Assembly (NCBI GenBank): GCA_017857825.1
Contig: JAFMCK010000001.1
Coordinates: 9,480 to 73,479 of the forward strand
DNA: 64,000 bases
Origin: Rhodospirillales bacterium
GTDB lineage: Bacteria > Pseudomonadota > Alphaproteobacteria > Rhodospirillales > Casp-alpha2
Direction of reading: 5' to 3'
Shown: positions 1-9,587 of the stretch, one piece after another
Numbering within the stretch: position 1 is the first letter of the stretch
Layout: every line of letters starts with the position of its first letter
Made by a program: the position numbers and the translations under genes
Notes under the pieces: generated by a model
Database searches by the model: none
Seen by the model: the letters and a program-made list of their open reading frames with translations, nothing else
What the model was told of the DNA's origin: nothing

Positions 1-234
1 GTGTTCACCTTGGCGTTGACGTTTATGGGGTTGGGTATTGTAACGGCCTATTCCGCAAGCGTGACAGCAATCACCAACGTGGGTCCCGGTTTGGGCCCGA
101 TCGTCGGCCCTGCGGGAAATTTTTCGACCCTTCCTGATGCGGCGAAATGGCTTTTGACGTTGGCGATGTTAGCTGGACGCTTGGAAGTGCTGGCCTTACT
201 GGTCGCCTTTGACCCGGATTTTTGGAGAACTTAA
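1..234 (+). CDS. trkH: C-terminal end of a TrkH/KtrB-type K+ uptake permease (5' part lies outside the window)
   Basis: The frame is open from base 1 to a stop at 232-234. The hydrophobic tail '[39 protein letters not shown]' matches the conserved last pore-loop/TM region of TrkH proteins as I remember them. Confidence 0.7.
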   Translation: MFTLALTFMGLGIVTAYSASVTAITNVGPGLGPIVGPAGNFSTLPDAAKWLLTLAMLAGRLEVLALLVAFDPDFWRT

Positions 235-245
235 AGAGGTGCCAT

Positions 246-1223
246 ATGAAAATTCATATACTTGATGATTGGTTCGACACATTGCGCGGCCTGCCGTCAT
301 TTCAAAAGATTTCAGACCACGACGTAACGATCTGGAACGACCATGTTCAAGACACCGATGCCCTGGCCGAGCGTCTGGCGGACGCCGAGGCGCTGGTATT
401 GTTTCGCGAACGTACCGCGATCCGCCGCGATCTGCTGGAGCGTTTGCCGAATCTGCGACTGATCAGTCAGCGCAGCGTGTATCCGCATATTGATGTCGAC
501 GCTTGCACGCGATTGGGCGTGATGTTGTGCTCTAACCAACACAAAGACACCCCTTCGTTCGCAACCGTCGAGCTAACATGGGGCCTGATTTTGGCCGCCA
601 TGCGACAGGTTCCGCAACAGATGGCGAGTTTGCAGTCCGGCAACTGGCAGATGGGCGTTGGTCGCTCGGTGCGCGGCAAGACCCTCGGCATATATGGGTA
701 CGGACGGATCGGTAGCGCGGTCGCCGAGCTTGGCCAAGCGTTCGGGATGAAGATTTCGGTCTGGGGTGGTGAAGGATCGTTGACGCGTGCCCGCACCGCC
801 AGCCTGCATGTGCCGGAAAGCCGAGACGCATTTTTTGCGGGCGCCGATATTATTTCATTGCACGTGCGCCTGTATCCGGCGACCAGAGGCATTATCACGG
901 CGGCTGACTTGGCGCTGATGAAGCCGAGCGCGCTTTTGGTCAACACCAGTCGCGCACCTTTGGTCGAGCCGGACGCTTTGGTCAATGCGCTAAAGGCCGG
1001 ACGCCCGGGCATGGTGGCAGTCGATGTTTACGAGTCTGAGCCCGTCACCGATACCGCGCATCCGTTATTGAATATGCCGAATGTGGTGGCGACACCGCAT
1101 ATCGGCTATGTCACCGAGGAGGAATACGAAATTCAATTTGCGGATATTTTTGAGCAGATCGTCCAGTTTGACGCTGGCACGCCGATCAACGTGATCAATC
1201 CCGATGTGCAAGTGCGGGGGTAG
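246..1223 (+). CDS. D-isomer-specific 2-hydroxyacid dehydrogenase family, NAD-binding
   Basis: Rossmann motif '[12 protein letters not shown]' and family-typical '[11 protein letters not shown]' and 'ATPHIGY'. ATG at 246 is preceded by AAGAGG; the 222 start in the ORF track adds 8 unsupported residues. Confidence 0.85.
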   Translation: MKIHILDDWFDTLRGLPSFQKISDHDVTIWNDHVQDTDALAERLADAEALVLFRERTAIRRDLLERLPNLRLISQRSVYPHIDVDACTRLGVMLCSNQHKDTPSFATVELTWGLILAAMRQVPQQMASLQSGNWQMGVGRSVRGKTLGIYGYGRIGSAVAELGQAFGMKISVWGGEGSLTRARTASLHVPESRDAFFAGADIISLHVRLYPATRGIITAADLALMKPSALLVNTSRAPLVEPDALVNALKAGRPGMVAVDVYESEPVTDTAHPLLNMPNVVATPHIGYVTEEEYEIQFADIFEQIVQFDAGTPINVINPDVQVRG

Positions 1224-1310
1224 GGTGTCCAAAGCATCGACGCCCCACCTTGATTAAATCGCCGCTGCGCCGTAGTTTCCGGCCCGTAAGACATCCAAAA
1301 GGAACCTCTG

Positions 1311-2894
1311 ATGAGCGACGTCCGCGAATTCGCAGAACAGTCAAACGCGTGGCCATTTGCCGAGGCGCGACAAATCTTGAAGCGCCTCAACGGCAAGACG
1401 CCGGAAAAGGGCTATGTGTTGTTCGAGACCGGCTATGGGCCATCGGGGCTGCCGCATATTGGTACCTTTGGCGAGGTTGCGCGCACGTCGTGGGTGCGAC
1501 ATGCATTTCATCAGTTGTCGGACATTCCGACGAAGCTGTTTGCATTTTCAGATGACATGGACGGTCTTCGTAAGGTGCCGGACAACGTGCCGAACAAAGA
1601 GGTGATCGCAGGTCATTTGGGCAAACCGTTGACGTCGATCCCGGACCCGTTCGGCACACACCCAAGTTTTGGTGAGCACAACAATGCACGCCTGAAAGCT
1701 TTCTTGGATGCATTTGGGTTTGAATATGAGTTCGTGAGCTCGACCGAGCGCTATAAAGCCGGTGCTTTCGATGCCACTTTGATGACTCTGTTGGAACGCT
1801 ACGATGAGGTGATCAATGTGGTATTGCCGACGTTGGGCGAAGAGCGTCGGCGTACGTACTCACCGTTCTTGCCGATTTGTGCAAAAACCGGTGTGGTGCT
1901 GCAAGTCCCCGTGATCGAGCGCAATGTGTCGGCCGGCACCATCGTTTATCAAGAAGACGACGGCAGCAAAACCGAAGTGCCGGTCACCGGCGGTCATTGC
2001 AAACTGCAGTGGAAGGCCGATTGGGCGATGCGCTGGACGGCGCTGAATGTCGACTACGAAATGTCCGGTAAAGATCTGATTGAGAGTGTCAATCTGTCTG
2101 GAAAGATTTGTCGTATTCTGGGCGGCAAGCCGCCGGCCGGCTTCTCATACGAGCTTTTCTTGGATGAAAACGGCGAGAAAATTTCCAAGTCCCGAGGCAA
2201 TGGCCTGACGGTCGACGAATGGTTGCGTTATGCCCCGCCGGAAAGCTTGGCGTATTTCATGTATCAAAAGCCGAAGGCGGCAAAGCGGTTGTATTTCGAC
2301 GTGATCCCGCGCCAGGTTGACGAATATACACGCATGCTTGAAGCGTTTGAGACGCAGGAGCCGAAAAAGCAGATCGATAATCCGGTCTGGTTTATCCACA
2401 TGGGCAATCCGCCGACCGAGCGTGCGCACTTGTCGTTCAACATTTTGCTGAACCTTGCCAACGTCTGCCATTCCGAAGACAAGGCCGTGCTGTGGCATTT
2501 CATCTCGCGCTACCGCCCGGATGCAGCGCCTGAAACCGCGCCGATGTTGGATCGTTTGGTCGAATACGCCATCAATTATTATCAAGACTTCGTTCGTCCG
2601 GCGAAATCCTATCGCAAGGCCAGCGATGCCGAGCGCGATGCGTTGATCGACCTCGCCGATCGGCTTAAAGCGCTTCCCAAAGATGCGGACGCCGAAGAGA
2701 TTCAGACCCAGGTCTATGAAGTCGGTAAACGCGAAAACTTCGCTGATCAGAAAGATTGGTTTAAGGCGCTCTATGAAATTCTGCTTGGCCAAAGCCAAGG
2801 CCCGCGGATGGGCTCGTTCATGGCGCTTTACGGGATGGATGAATCTTTGGCGTTGTTGGAGCGTGCAATAAACGGTGAAGATTTGGCGGCTTAG
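1311..2894 (+). CDS. lysK: Lysyl-tRNA synthetase, class I
   Basis: 527 aa with a HIGH-type motif 'LPHIGTFGE' and a KMSKS-type motif 'KISKSRGNG'. Overall resemblance to the class-I LysRS found in alphaproteobacteria, spirochaetes and archaea. RBS AAAGGAAC lies upstream. Confidence 0.92.
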   Translation: MSDVREFAEQSNAWPFAEARQILKRLNGKTPEKGYVLFETGYGPSGLPHIGTFGEVARTSWVRHAFHQLSDIPTKLFAFSDDMDGLRKVPDNVPNKEVIAGHLGKPLTSIPDPFGTHPSFGEHNNARLKAFLDAFGFEYEFVSSTERYKAGAFDATLMTLLERYDEVINVVLPTLGEERRRTYSPFLPICAKTGVVLQVPVIERNVSAGTIVYQEDDGSKTEVPVTGGHCKLQWKADWAMRWTALNVDYEMSGKDLIESVNLSGKICRILGGKPPAGFSYELFLDENGEKISKSRGNGLTVDEWLRYAPPESLAYFMYQKPKAAKRLYFDVIPRQVDEYTRMLEAFETQEPKKQIDNPVWFIHMGNPPTERAHLSFNILLNLANVCHSEDKAVLWHFISRYRPDAAPETAPMLDRLVEYAINYYQDFVRPAKSYRKASDAERDALIDLADRLKALPKDADAEEIQTQVYEVGKRENFADQKDWFKALYEILLGQSQGPRMGSFMALYGMDESLALLERAINGEDLAA

Positions 2895-5041
2895 CCGTCC
2901 GCGTTGATCCGCTGAATAAGCGCGTCCTTCACCACGTCGGACAGGGCGTTGTCGGCTTGGCAGGTGCCGGCGTTGCGATGTCCGCCGCCACCATAGGTCA
3001 GCATCAATTCGCCGATGTTGGTATTGGATGTGCGGTTGAAGATCGATTTGCCGACGGCAAACACCGTGTTCTGTTTTGCACGTCCCCAAAGCACGTGCAT
3101 CGAGATATTGCAGTCCGGGAACATCGCATAAACCATAAAGCGGTTGGTGACATATATCGTTTCTTCATGGCGATAGTCGACGACCGCCAGATTGCCATAC
3201 ACCTGCGTGCAGCGTTTGATTTGCTCGCGCGCCGGGGCTTCGTGTTCGCGGTACAATTCGACGCGTTCTTTGACGTCGGGATGTTCGAGAATTTCTTCAA
3301 TGGAATAACGTCGGCAATAATCAATCAGCGACATCATCAATTCATAGTTCGGCACACGAAAGCCACGATAGCGCCCGAGACCCGTGCGTGAATCCATGAT
3401 GAAGTTAAGCAACGGCCATCCATCGGCATCGATCACTTCGTCGATAACGAACTGCGCGGCGTCACCTTTATCAACGGCGTCCATCATTTCGACCGAGATA
3501 TCGGGGAAGCGCTTTTCGCCGCCGAAATAGCTGTAAACGACCCTGGCCGCACTGGGCGCGCGCGGGTCGATAATGTGGTTGTCGTAATGCTTGCCGAGCC
3601 GTTTGATTTCCGACAAGTGGTGATCAAAGGCAGCAAAGATGCCAGGCGTATAAGGCAGGTTGGTGGAAATGTCGGTCATCGACACCTCGATCTCGCCTTC
3701 TTGCATTTGGTTGGGATGCACGAACAAAATGTCGTTGATCAGGTCCAATTCTTCCAACAGTACGGCACACACCAGGCCGTCAAAGTCACTCCGTGTTATG
3801 AGTCTGAACATTTGGCCAGGCGGGAATTCGAGCCGCTGCTCGTCATTGCCTTCGAGCATCTCTTCTTCTTCGAAGATTTCGTCTTCATCGACTTCGCTCG
3901 GATCAATCTCGTTGCCGTCCTCATCGATGTAGACAATGTCGAACGCATCATCATCATCATCTTCGTCATCTTGCACATCACCGTCGGCGTCGATCGATGG
4001 CACCTCGTCGTCGTCCAATGCATCGACAAGCTTGGAAATCTCGTCATCGTCATCATCATCGGCATAGCCGGCGATGATGTCTTCTGCGGATAACGGTTTG
4101 TACTCGTCGTCGCTGTCGTCATCGTCAAATTCGAAGACGTACTCATCGTCATCCGTATCACCGCCTTCGTGTGCGGCAACAGGTTCAATGGCATCCGTCA
4201 TACCCGGGGTTTCGGCGACCGGTGTTCGAAAGACATCTTCGTCGGTCTGCAGACGGTCCGGCGCATAGGCGTCGTTTGCCAGGAAAGACGGTTCGCGGTT
4301 TTCGACCAGCACGCCAACATCCATGGTGGCCAGCCAACGGATAAAGTGCAAAACGTCTTTGCCTTGGAAGCAGGGGCCTGCGCGTGGCGCAATAATATCG
4401 ACACTAAGGCCTTCGATCCGGGCGAGCCAATCATCGCGTGCAGAACCCGACGCGAACCAAGATTGGTGAAACGCATTCATCGCGTGGCTGACCAGAGAAA
4501 ACTGTGCGGAAAACGGCGTCGCGTCGTCGGCCCAAGGACCTTCAACAGTGCCAATATCACCTGTATACAGGATGCGCGTTGTTGGGTCATAAACGGAGAC
4601 GGCTGACGCCGTCGGCAAATAAGGTGCCGGAAGGATGTGCAGGCCGGCGCCATCTGCCAAGCTTACCTCAGCGCCGTTTTCGCCGACACCTTGTATGTTC
4701 AGGTCTGGGTCAATGTGCAAAAGGTCGGGCAGCAGCATGTCATCGGCATAGATGGGCGTTTCATGCCCAAGCACTTCGGCCCACATTCCCAGCGAACCTG
4801 CGATCTGCGCCGCGCCTCGGGAAACGATGACCGTGGTGATTTTTTGGATATCGATTTTGTCGGATACAGCAGCCAATAAGGGGCCGAAATCGGCGGGACC
4901 GCCGGGATCAATCAGCACCGCCTCATCACCTGCACAGATCACGTAATGGCTCACAAAACGCGCGCCGTTTTCCTCCGTCGCAGGACGGCGAAAGACGAGC
5001 CAGACGCGCTCTCCCTGTTCAGCCAGTACGTGACAGAACAT
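2891..5041 (-). CDS. Fusion protein: degenerate metallo-beta-lactamase/ODP-like domain, polyacidic spacer, DHH/DHHA1 phosphoesterase domain
   Basis: Long uninterrupted ORF. ATG at 5039-5041 is preceded by GGGAGGA; the ORF-track start at 5113 adds 24 residues without an RBS. The N-terminal 'AVLIDPGG...[17 protein letters not shown]...ILYTGDIG' looks like an MBL fold. The middle of about 112 aa is Asp/Glu-rich. The C-terminal part carries 'SDFDG', 'AFDHH' and 'GGGGHRNAG' (DHH and DHHA1 motifs). Confidence 0.7.
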   Translation of the reverse strand: MFCHVLAEQGERVWLVFRRPATEENGARFVSHYVICAGDEAVLIDPGGPADFGPLLAAVSDKIDIQKITTVIVSRGAAQIAGSLGMWAEVLGHETPIYADDMLLPDLLHIDPDLNIQGVGENGAEVSLADGAGLHILPAPYLPTASAVSVYDPTTRILYTGDIGTVEGPWADDATPFSAQFSLVSHAMNAFHQSWFASGSARDDWLARIEGLSVDIIAPRAGPCFQGKDVLHFIRWLATMDVGVLVENREPSFLANDAYAPDRLQTDEDVFRTPVAETPGMTDAIEPVAAHEGGDTDDDEYVFEFDDDDSDDEYKPLSAEDIIAGYADDDDDDEISKLVDALDDDEVPSIDADGDVQDDEDDDDDAFDIVYIDEDGNEIDPSEVDEDEIFEEEEMLEGNDEQRLEFPPGQMFRLITRSDFDGLVCAVLLEELDLINDILFVHPNQMQEGEIEVSMTDISTNLPYTPGIFAAFDHHLSEIKRLGKHYDNHIIDPRAPSAARVVYSYFGGEKRFPDISVEMMDAVDKGDAAQFVIDEVIDADGWPLLNFIMDSRTGLGRYRGFRVPNYELMMSLIDYCRRYSIEEILEHPDVKERVELYREHEAPAREQIKRCTQVYGNLAVVDYRHEETIYVTNRFMVYAMFPDCNISMHVLWGRAKQNTVFAVGKSIFNRTSNTNIGELMLTYGGGGHRNAGTCQADNALSDVVKDALIQRINADG

Positions 5042-5141
5042 CCTATCCTCCCTCAAGCTGGGTGATGATAGCCGTGTCCCGAAGCCGGGCCAAGTCGTGA
5101 GATTCCCGCCCACCCATGAAATGGCGCACCTGATCAGTCAA

Positions 5142-6032
5142 CTAATTGAGCGCCGGTGGTGAGGTGCAGATCAGGTCGTAGTCATAACGTTCGGTAATTG
5201 TGCCCGCGTGTTGGAAAACATCCAATATGACGTCATATGCCGGGCGCGTAATTTCCGTATGCGGCGTCCAACAGCCGAGTTTCTGATAAGTACCGATACA
5301 ATCCGCCAGCACCGCTTCGTCGATGTCCGGGAAATACGGCTTTTCCGCTTTGGCGATTTCGGCAGCGGGCGTTTCGTTCATGTATTTGCGCGTTTTCGTG
5401 TAGGCGCGCATGAATGCTTTGGCCATATCCGTTTCCAGCCATTCGCGGGTGGACGCCAAACTGGAAAAGCCGCAGGGGCCGATTTGCGGCCCCACTTGGG
5501 CCACCACATGGCCAACACCGTCGGCTTCGAGTTGCTGCGGAAACGGGCCTTGTTGTTGCACGTATGCACCGTGCCCATCGCGGAATGCCTTGTCGATGTC
5601 GGCCGCACCACCCGGCGTGACCGGGATAATTTTGTCGTAATCAATGCCCGCTTTGTGACATGCATAACGGAACATGGCGTTCGGCTGGCCACCCTTGAAC
5701 ATCACGACTTCGGCACCCTCGAGTTTTTTCCAGCTGAAGTCCGGGTCCGTTTCTCGACCGGTAATAAAAAAGCCATCCATTTCGTTGATTTGTGCGAAAT
5801 GCACAACGGGCGGTGTGCGGCCTTCTTTAAGCGCATTAAAGCCTTGGCTGAGCGCGGACTGCACCACGTGGGCCGAGCCGTCGACCAGTGCTTCGATTGC
5901 CGATTTACCCGGCGGTGAAATTGACCATTCAGGCTCCAGCCCTTCGGCTTTTAGAAAGCCGCCGGACATGGTCGAGATCAATGGCGAGTAAAAGGCTGAA
6001 AACAGCGTAAATTGGATGTTGATCTTGGCCAT
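5142..6032 (-). CDS. NMT1/THI5-like (periplasmic-binding-protein fold) protein without an obvious signal peptide
   Basis: 296 aa whose overall pattern resembles NMT1/THI5/NitT-TauT-type binding proteins. The N-terminus 'MAKINIQFTLFSAFYSP' goes straight into the first beta-strand with no hydrophobic leader. No permease or ATPase gene is adjacent. Confidence 0.55.
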   Translation of the reverse strand: MAKINIQFTLFSAFYSPLISTMSGGFLKAEGLEPEWSISPPGKSAIEALVDGSAHVVQSALSQGFNALKEGRTPPVVHFAQINEMDGFFITGRETDPDFSWKKLEGAEVVMFKGGQPNAMFRYACHKAGIDYDKIIPVTPGGAADIDKAFRDGHGAYVQQQGPFPQQLEADGVGHVVAQVGPQIGPCGFSSLASTREWLETDMAKAFMRAYTKTRKYMNETPAAEIAKAEKPYFPDIDEAVLADCIGTYQKLGCWTPHTEITRPAYDVILDVFQHAGTITERYDYDLICTSPPALN

Positions 6033-6140
6033 TCAGACATCTCCTGGATTATGAGCGCTTGTTGCACAAACGATCCCATACCCTCGGAGCGGATTCAATG
6101 CTGAGCCGACCAAATAGCGGTATTAAAAGCGATATAAGTC

Positions 6141-6172
6141 AAAAACCGGCCCCATCAGATTGATGAGGCCGG
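6141..6172 (-). terminator. Rho-independent terminator of pckA
   Basis: Arms 6146-6157 and 6161-6172 form a 12-bp stem on the minus-strand RNA (one G-U pair) with a 3-nt loop. A U5 run (complement of A 6141-6145) follows directly, 26 nt past the pckA stop. Confidence 0.75.
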
Positions 6173-6197
6173 CCTTTAAGCTTCGCCGTGCGTGAAT

Positions 6198-7805
6198 TTA
6201 CGCGGCGGCGCGAATTGCCGCTGCTTTGACATTGGCATCCACGTGTTGTTCGAACTGAACGAAGTTCTTTTCGAAGCGTTGGCGCAGATCAGCGGCCTGG
6301 CGGTCATACGCGTCCTTATCCGACCATGTGTTTTTCGGATTCAGCACGTCACTTGGCACATCTGGGCAGCTTTGTGGGACCAGCACGCCAAAGTTCGTGT
6401 CTTCGACGAATACAACCTTTTCAAGGCGGCCATCTAATGCCGCGTTCAACATGGCGCGGGTGTAGGCGATCTTCATGCGATCGCCGACGCCATAGCCACC
6501 ACCCGACCAGCCGGTGTTGACCAGCCAGCACTTGGCGTTTTGCGCGGCCATTTTATCGCGCAGAAGCTCGGCATAGACGGTTGGGTGGCGCGGCATGAAC
6601 GGCGCGCCGAAGCAGGTGGAGAACGTTGCGGCAGGCTCTTTCAGCCCCCGCTCAGTCCCGGCAACCTTAGCGGTGTAGCCGGACAAGAAGTGGTACATCG
6701 CTTGTTCCGGCGTCAACTGGCTGATGGGAGGCAACACGCCAAACGCATCGCACGTCAACATGACGATGTTCTGCGGTAGGCCGCCTTGGCCTTCCATCGA
6801 CGCATTCGGAATTTGCGAGATGTCGTAAGACAACCGCCCGTTCTCGGTCAACGTGGAGTCGAAGAAATCAAAGACACGGGTGTTTTCGTCCATCGCCACG
6901 TTTTCGACAATGGTGCCGAAGGTGGAAGCGGCGGCAAAGATTTCCGGCTCGGTCTCGGCGGTCAGGTTGATCGACTTCGCATAGCAGCCGCCTTCAAAGT
7001 TGAATACGCCTTGATCGCTCCAGCCGTGTTCGTCATCACCGATGAGGGTGCGGGAACTGTCGGCGGACAGCGTGGTTTTGCCGGTGCCGGAAAGACCGAA
7101 GAAGATCGCGGTATCGCCTTTGGGCCCAATGTTGGCCGAGCAATGCATCGGCAGCACGCCTTTGGCCGGCATCAGGAAGTTCATCACTGAGAATACGGAT
7201 TTTTTGATTTCGCCGGCGTAAGCGCTGCCGCCGATGATCACCATGCGTCGCTTTAGGTTCAAGACGATGAACGTCTCGGACGTGGTGCCATCGCTGGCTG
7301 GGTCGGCGGCGACGCTGGGTGCCTGCAAAACGGTAAACTGCGGCTGGAAATCTTCAAGCGCGCTATCTGCGGGCTGAATGAACATGTTGCGGGCAAACAG
7401 GTTGTGCCATGCGTTCTCGGTCACAACCCGAACCGCCAAGCGATGCGTCTCATCAGCACCGGCGTAGCAGTCTTGGACGAAGGCATCGCGGCCATCGAAG
7501 TGTCCTTGGACTTTTGCCAATAGCTTATCGAAGTTTTCTTCCGACATCGGTCGGTTGACGTCGCCCCACCAAATATCGGCTTCGGTTTCGTCTTCTTTGA
7601 CGACAAAACGGTCATTTGGCGAGCGGCCGGTGTGGCTGCCGGTGACCGCGACCAATGAGCCGCCTTGACCCAACTGCGCTTCGCCGCGCCGGGTGGCTTC
7701 TTCGTACAACCGAGGCGCCGAGAGATTCCAAAATGCGTTTTGGATGTTGCTAAGACCGTGTTGGTCTAGCCCGTTCCGGCTGATTTTATGACCGATGTTT
7801 TGCAC
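6198..7805 (-). CDS. pckA: Phosphoenolpyruvate carboxykinase (ATP)
   Basis: Kinase-1a P-loop 'FFGLSGTGKTTLS' and the typical N-terminus 'NIGHKISRNGLDQHGL'. I favour the GTG at 7803-7805 (GGAG 11 nt upstream), giving about 535 aa. The ATG at 7898 would add 31 atypical residues. Confidence 0.92.
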   Translation of the reverse strand: MQNIGHKISRNGLDQHGLSNIQNAFWNLSAPRLYEEATRRGEAQLGQGGSLVAVTGSHTGRSPNDRFVVKEDETEADIWWGDVNRPMSEENFDKLLAKVQGHFDGRDAFVQDCYAGADETHRLAVRVVTENAWHNLFARNMFIQPADSALEDFQPQFTVLQAPSVAADPASDGTTSETFIVLNLKRRMVIIGGSAYAGEIKKSVFSVMNFLMPAKGVLPMHCSANIGPKGDTAIFFGLSGTGKTTLSADSSRTLIGDDEHGWSDQGVFNFEGGCYAKSINLTAETEPEIFAAASTFGTIVENVAMDENTRVFDFFDSTLTENGRLSYDISQIPNASMEGQGGLPQNIVMLTCDAFGVLPPISQLTPEQAMYHFLSGYTAKVAGTERGLKEPAATFSTCFGAPFMPRHPTVYAELLRDKMAAQNAKCWLVNTGWSGGGYGVGDRMKIAYTRAMLNAALDGRLEKVVFVEDTNFGVLVPQSCPDVPSDVLNPKNTWSDKDAYDRQAADLRQRFEKNFVQFEQHVDANVKAAAIRAAA

Positions 7806-7976
7806 CGTTTTTTTGCTCCAATCCCGGCGGCTGCCTTTGGCGCCGCGTGTTTCCTCACCAAGGGCATGGACGATAGACAATGAAAATCGGCAAAACAAGC
7901 GAAACGGGCGGATTTCCTTGGTATTTTAGCGATTTTGAGAACGCACATGCAGCATTTTTTATAATATTCAGATATT

Positions 7977-8690
7977 TTATGCGCGTGCGGCGTGCGCCAT
8001 TTCGATGAGCATTTTGCGGCAGGTATTTGAATCTGTTACAGGTTTATGAAAGTCGACGCGGGCATAGCGACCATCAGCGCGCAAATCGATGCCGTCGGTA
8101 TCGCATCCGGTCATCTGCCAAGGCCCTGGGCGTCGTTTGGCAAAAGCATGGGCATACGCACGGATGGCGTCGACGTGATCGTGGTTCATGTGTTCGACGA
8201 TTCCGTGCTCCATATCGCAGATGATTTTGGCTGCTGACGCTGGGCTCAAAATCTGTTTCGCATCAAACCAGATCGCGCGGGCAAAGCCGCCGACATAATG
8301 TGCGCGCTCTACCTTCATGCGGTAGAATGCGAAGTCGCCGAAATCGGCATAAAGCGCTGCATCGGGATGTCGGGCCAGAAATCGGGCGCGGACGTCCGGG
8401 GATGTATCCTTTTTTATGGTGCCCAAGAGTGAAACCCTCGGTCCTGTCTGCGGATTGCGTCGTTGTGTGGCGTCTTCGACCAGCAATGAGACACGCTTGT
8501 CAGCTTTGATGTTTTGCGTGTGATCGGACAGGGTCGAGAACAAAAATACCGGCTGGCTTTGATGGTCGCAGGCATACGTCACCATCGAAGCATATGGCGC
8601 GCCGCTATCGGCCATTGCGGTCGCCAGCATCCCGACGCCGCGCCGCCGGACCAAAAGTCTCGCCATATCTTGATTGCGCCGTTCCGTCAT
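7977..8690 (-). CDS. HugZ-like haem-utilisation protein (pyridoxamine-5'-phosphate-oxidase split-barrel fold plus DUF2470-like C-terminus)
   Basis: 'GMLATAMADSGAPYASMVTYACD...PVFLFSTLSDHTQNI...RVSLL' is typical of the FMN-binding split-barrel family. The C-terminal 'IVEHMNHDHVDA' is typical of DUF2470. ATG 8690 is preceded by GAGGA; the longer ORF to 8819 would overlap the divergent terC start. Confidence 0.7.
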   Translation of the reverse strand: MTERRNQDMARLLVRRRGVGMLATAMADSGAPYASMVTYACDHQSQPVFLFSTLSDHTQNIKADKRVSLLVEDATQRRNPQTGPRVSLLGTIKKDTSPDVRARFLARHPDAALYADFGDFAFYRMKVERAHYVGGFARAIWFDAKQILSPASAAKIICDMEHGIVEHMNHDHVDAIRAYAHAFAKRRPGPWQMTGCDTDGIDLRADGRYARVDFHKPVTDSNTCRKMLIEMAHAARA

Positions 8691-8833
8691 CGGAGTCCTC
8701 CGCGCGATTGATGTTCGTTGACGAATGTTGAGAAGCGAATCCTCCTTCGTCAAGCGTCGGCCGTGCTCGACGGTGACGTAATGTGTACGATAGCGAGCGC
8801 GCTTTGCCACACATATCAAACATTGAGGGACCT

Positions 8834-9577
8834 ATGGACCAATTTCTGATGCTCGCCGCCGACCCGACCGTATGGATTGCGTTGGCAACCTTGATCGTAA
8901 TGGAGGTCGTGCTCGGAATCGACAATCTGGTGTTCATATCAATCTTAACTAATAAATTGCCGGAATCGCAGCGCTCAAAAGCGCGCAAGGTCGGCATCGG
9001 GTTCGCACTGGTGACGCGCTTGGCGCTGTTGGGAACGATCAGTTTCATCGTCGGCTTAACCGCGCCTGTGTTCACGATTTTGGATGAGGTGTTTTCCTGG
9101 CGCGATATGGTGCTGATTGCGGGCGGTCTGTTTTTGGTTTGGAAGGCGACTCACGAAATCCACAACAACGTGGACCCTGATGAGGAAGACGACACCTTGG
9201 ACAAGACCAAGGTAGGCATGGCCTTCGGCACGGTGATCGTTCAGATTTTGGTTTTGGATCTCGTGTTTTCGTTGGACAGCATCATCACCGCAGTGGGTAT
9301 GACCGATCATCTGCCGGTGATGATGATTGCGGTGATCGTCGCCGTGTTGGCGATGCTCCTGGCGGCCGACCCGTTGTCCGAATTAATCCACAGAAACCCG
9401 ACGGTGGTTATGCTGGCGCTCGGTTTTCTGTTGTTGATCGGCACGACGTTGATCGCCGACGGGTTCGGGTTCCATGTGCCGAAAGGCTATATTTATGCGG
9501 CGATGGCGTTCTCGGGATTTGTCGAAGTGCTGAACACGCTCTCACGCCGCCGCAAAAAGACGACGGCGCGAGGCTAA
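8834..9577 (+). CDS. TerC-family integral membrane protein
   Basis: Multi-TM protein with '[16 protein letters not shown]' and a second '[16 protein letters not shown]' repeat, characteristic of TerC/Alx. ATG 8834 is preceded by GAGGGA. Confidence 0.85.
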   Translation: MDQFLMLAADPTVWIALATLIVMEVVLGIDNLVFISILTNKLPESQRSKARKVGIGFALVTRLALLGTISFIVGLTAPVFTILDEVFSWRDMVLIAGGLFLVWKATHEIHNNVDPDEEDDTLDKTKVGMAFGTVIVQILVLDLVFSLDSIITAVGMTDHLPVMMIAVIVAVLAMLLAADPLSELIHRNPTVVMLALGFLLLIGTTLIADGFGFHVPKGYIYAAMAFSGFVEVLNTLSRRRKKTTARG

Positions 9578-9587
9578 TGTATCGTGC

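Noticed and set aside
2145-3089. 314-aa ORF on the minus strand spanning the lysK 3' end and the MBL-DHH gene 3' end
   Set aside because: It lies antisense to, or out of frame with, two well-supported genes. It has an Arg/Gln/His-rich low-information composition typical of shadow ORFs in GC-rich DNA, and no motifs.
3835-4171. GAT/GAC/GAA-rich low-complexity DNA considered as a microsatellite or non-coding repeat
   Set aside because: It is in frame within one long ORF, is irregular rather than a tandem repeat unit, and translates to a continuous Asp/Glu-rich linker. It is treated as coding low complexity (see finding).
8691-8833. yybP-ykoY (Mn) riboswitch in front of the TerC-family gene
   Set aside because: The conserved four-way-junction core sequences I remember for this class are not visible, and the spacer is short and shared with a divergent gene.
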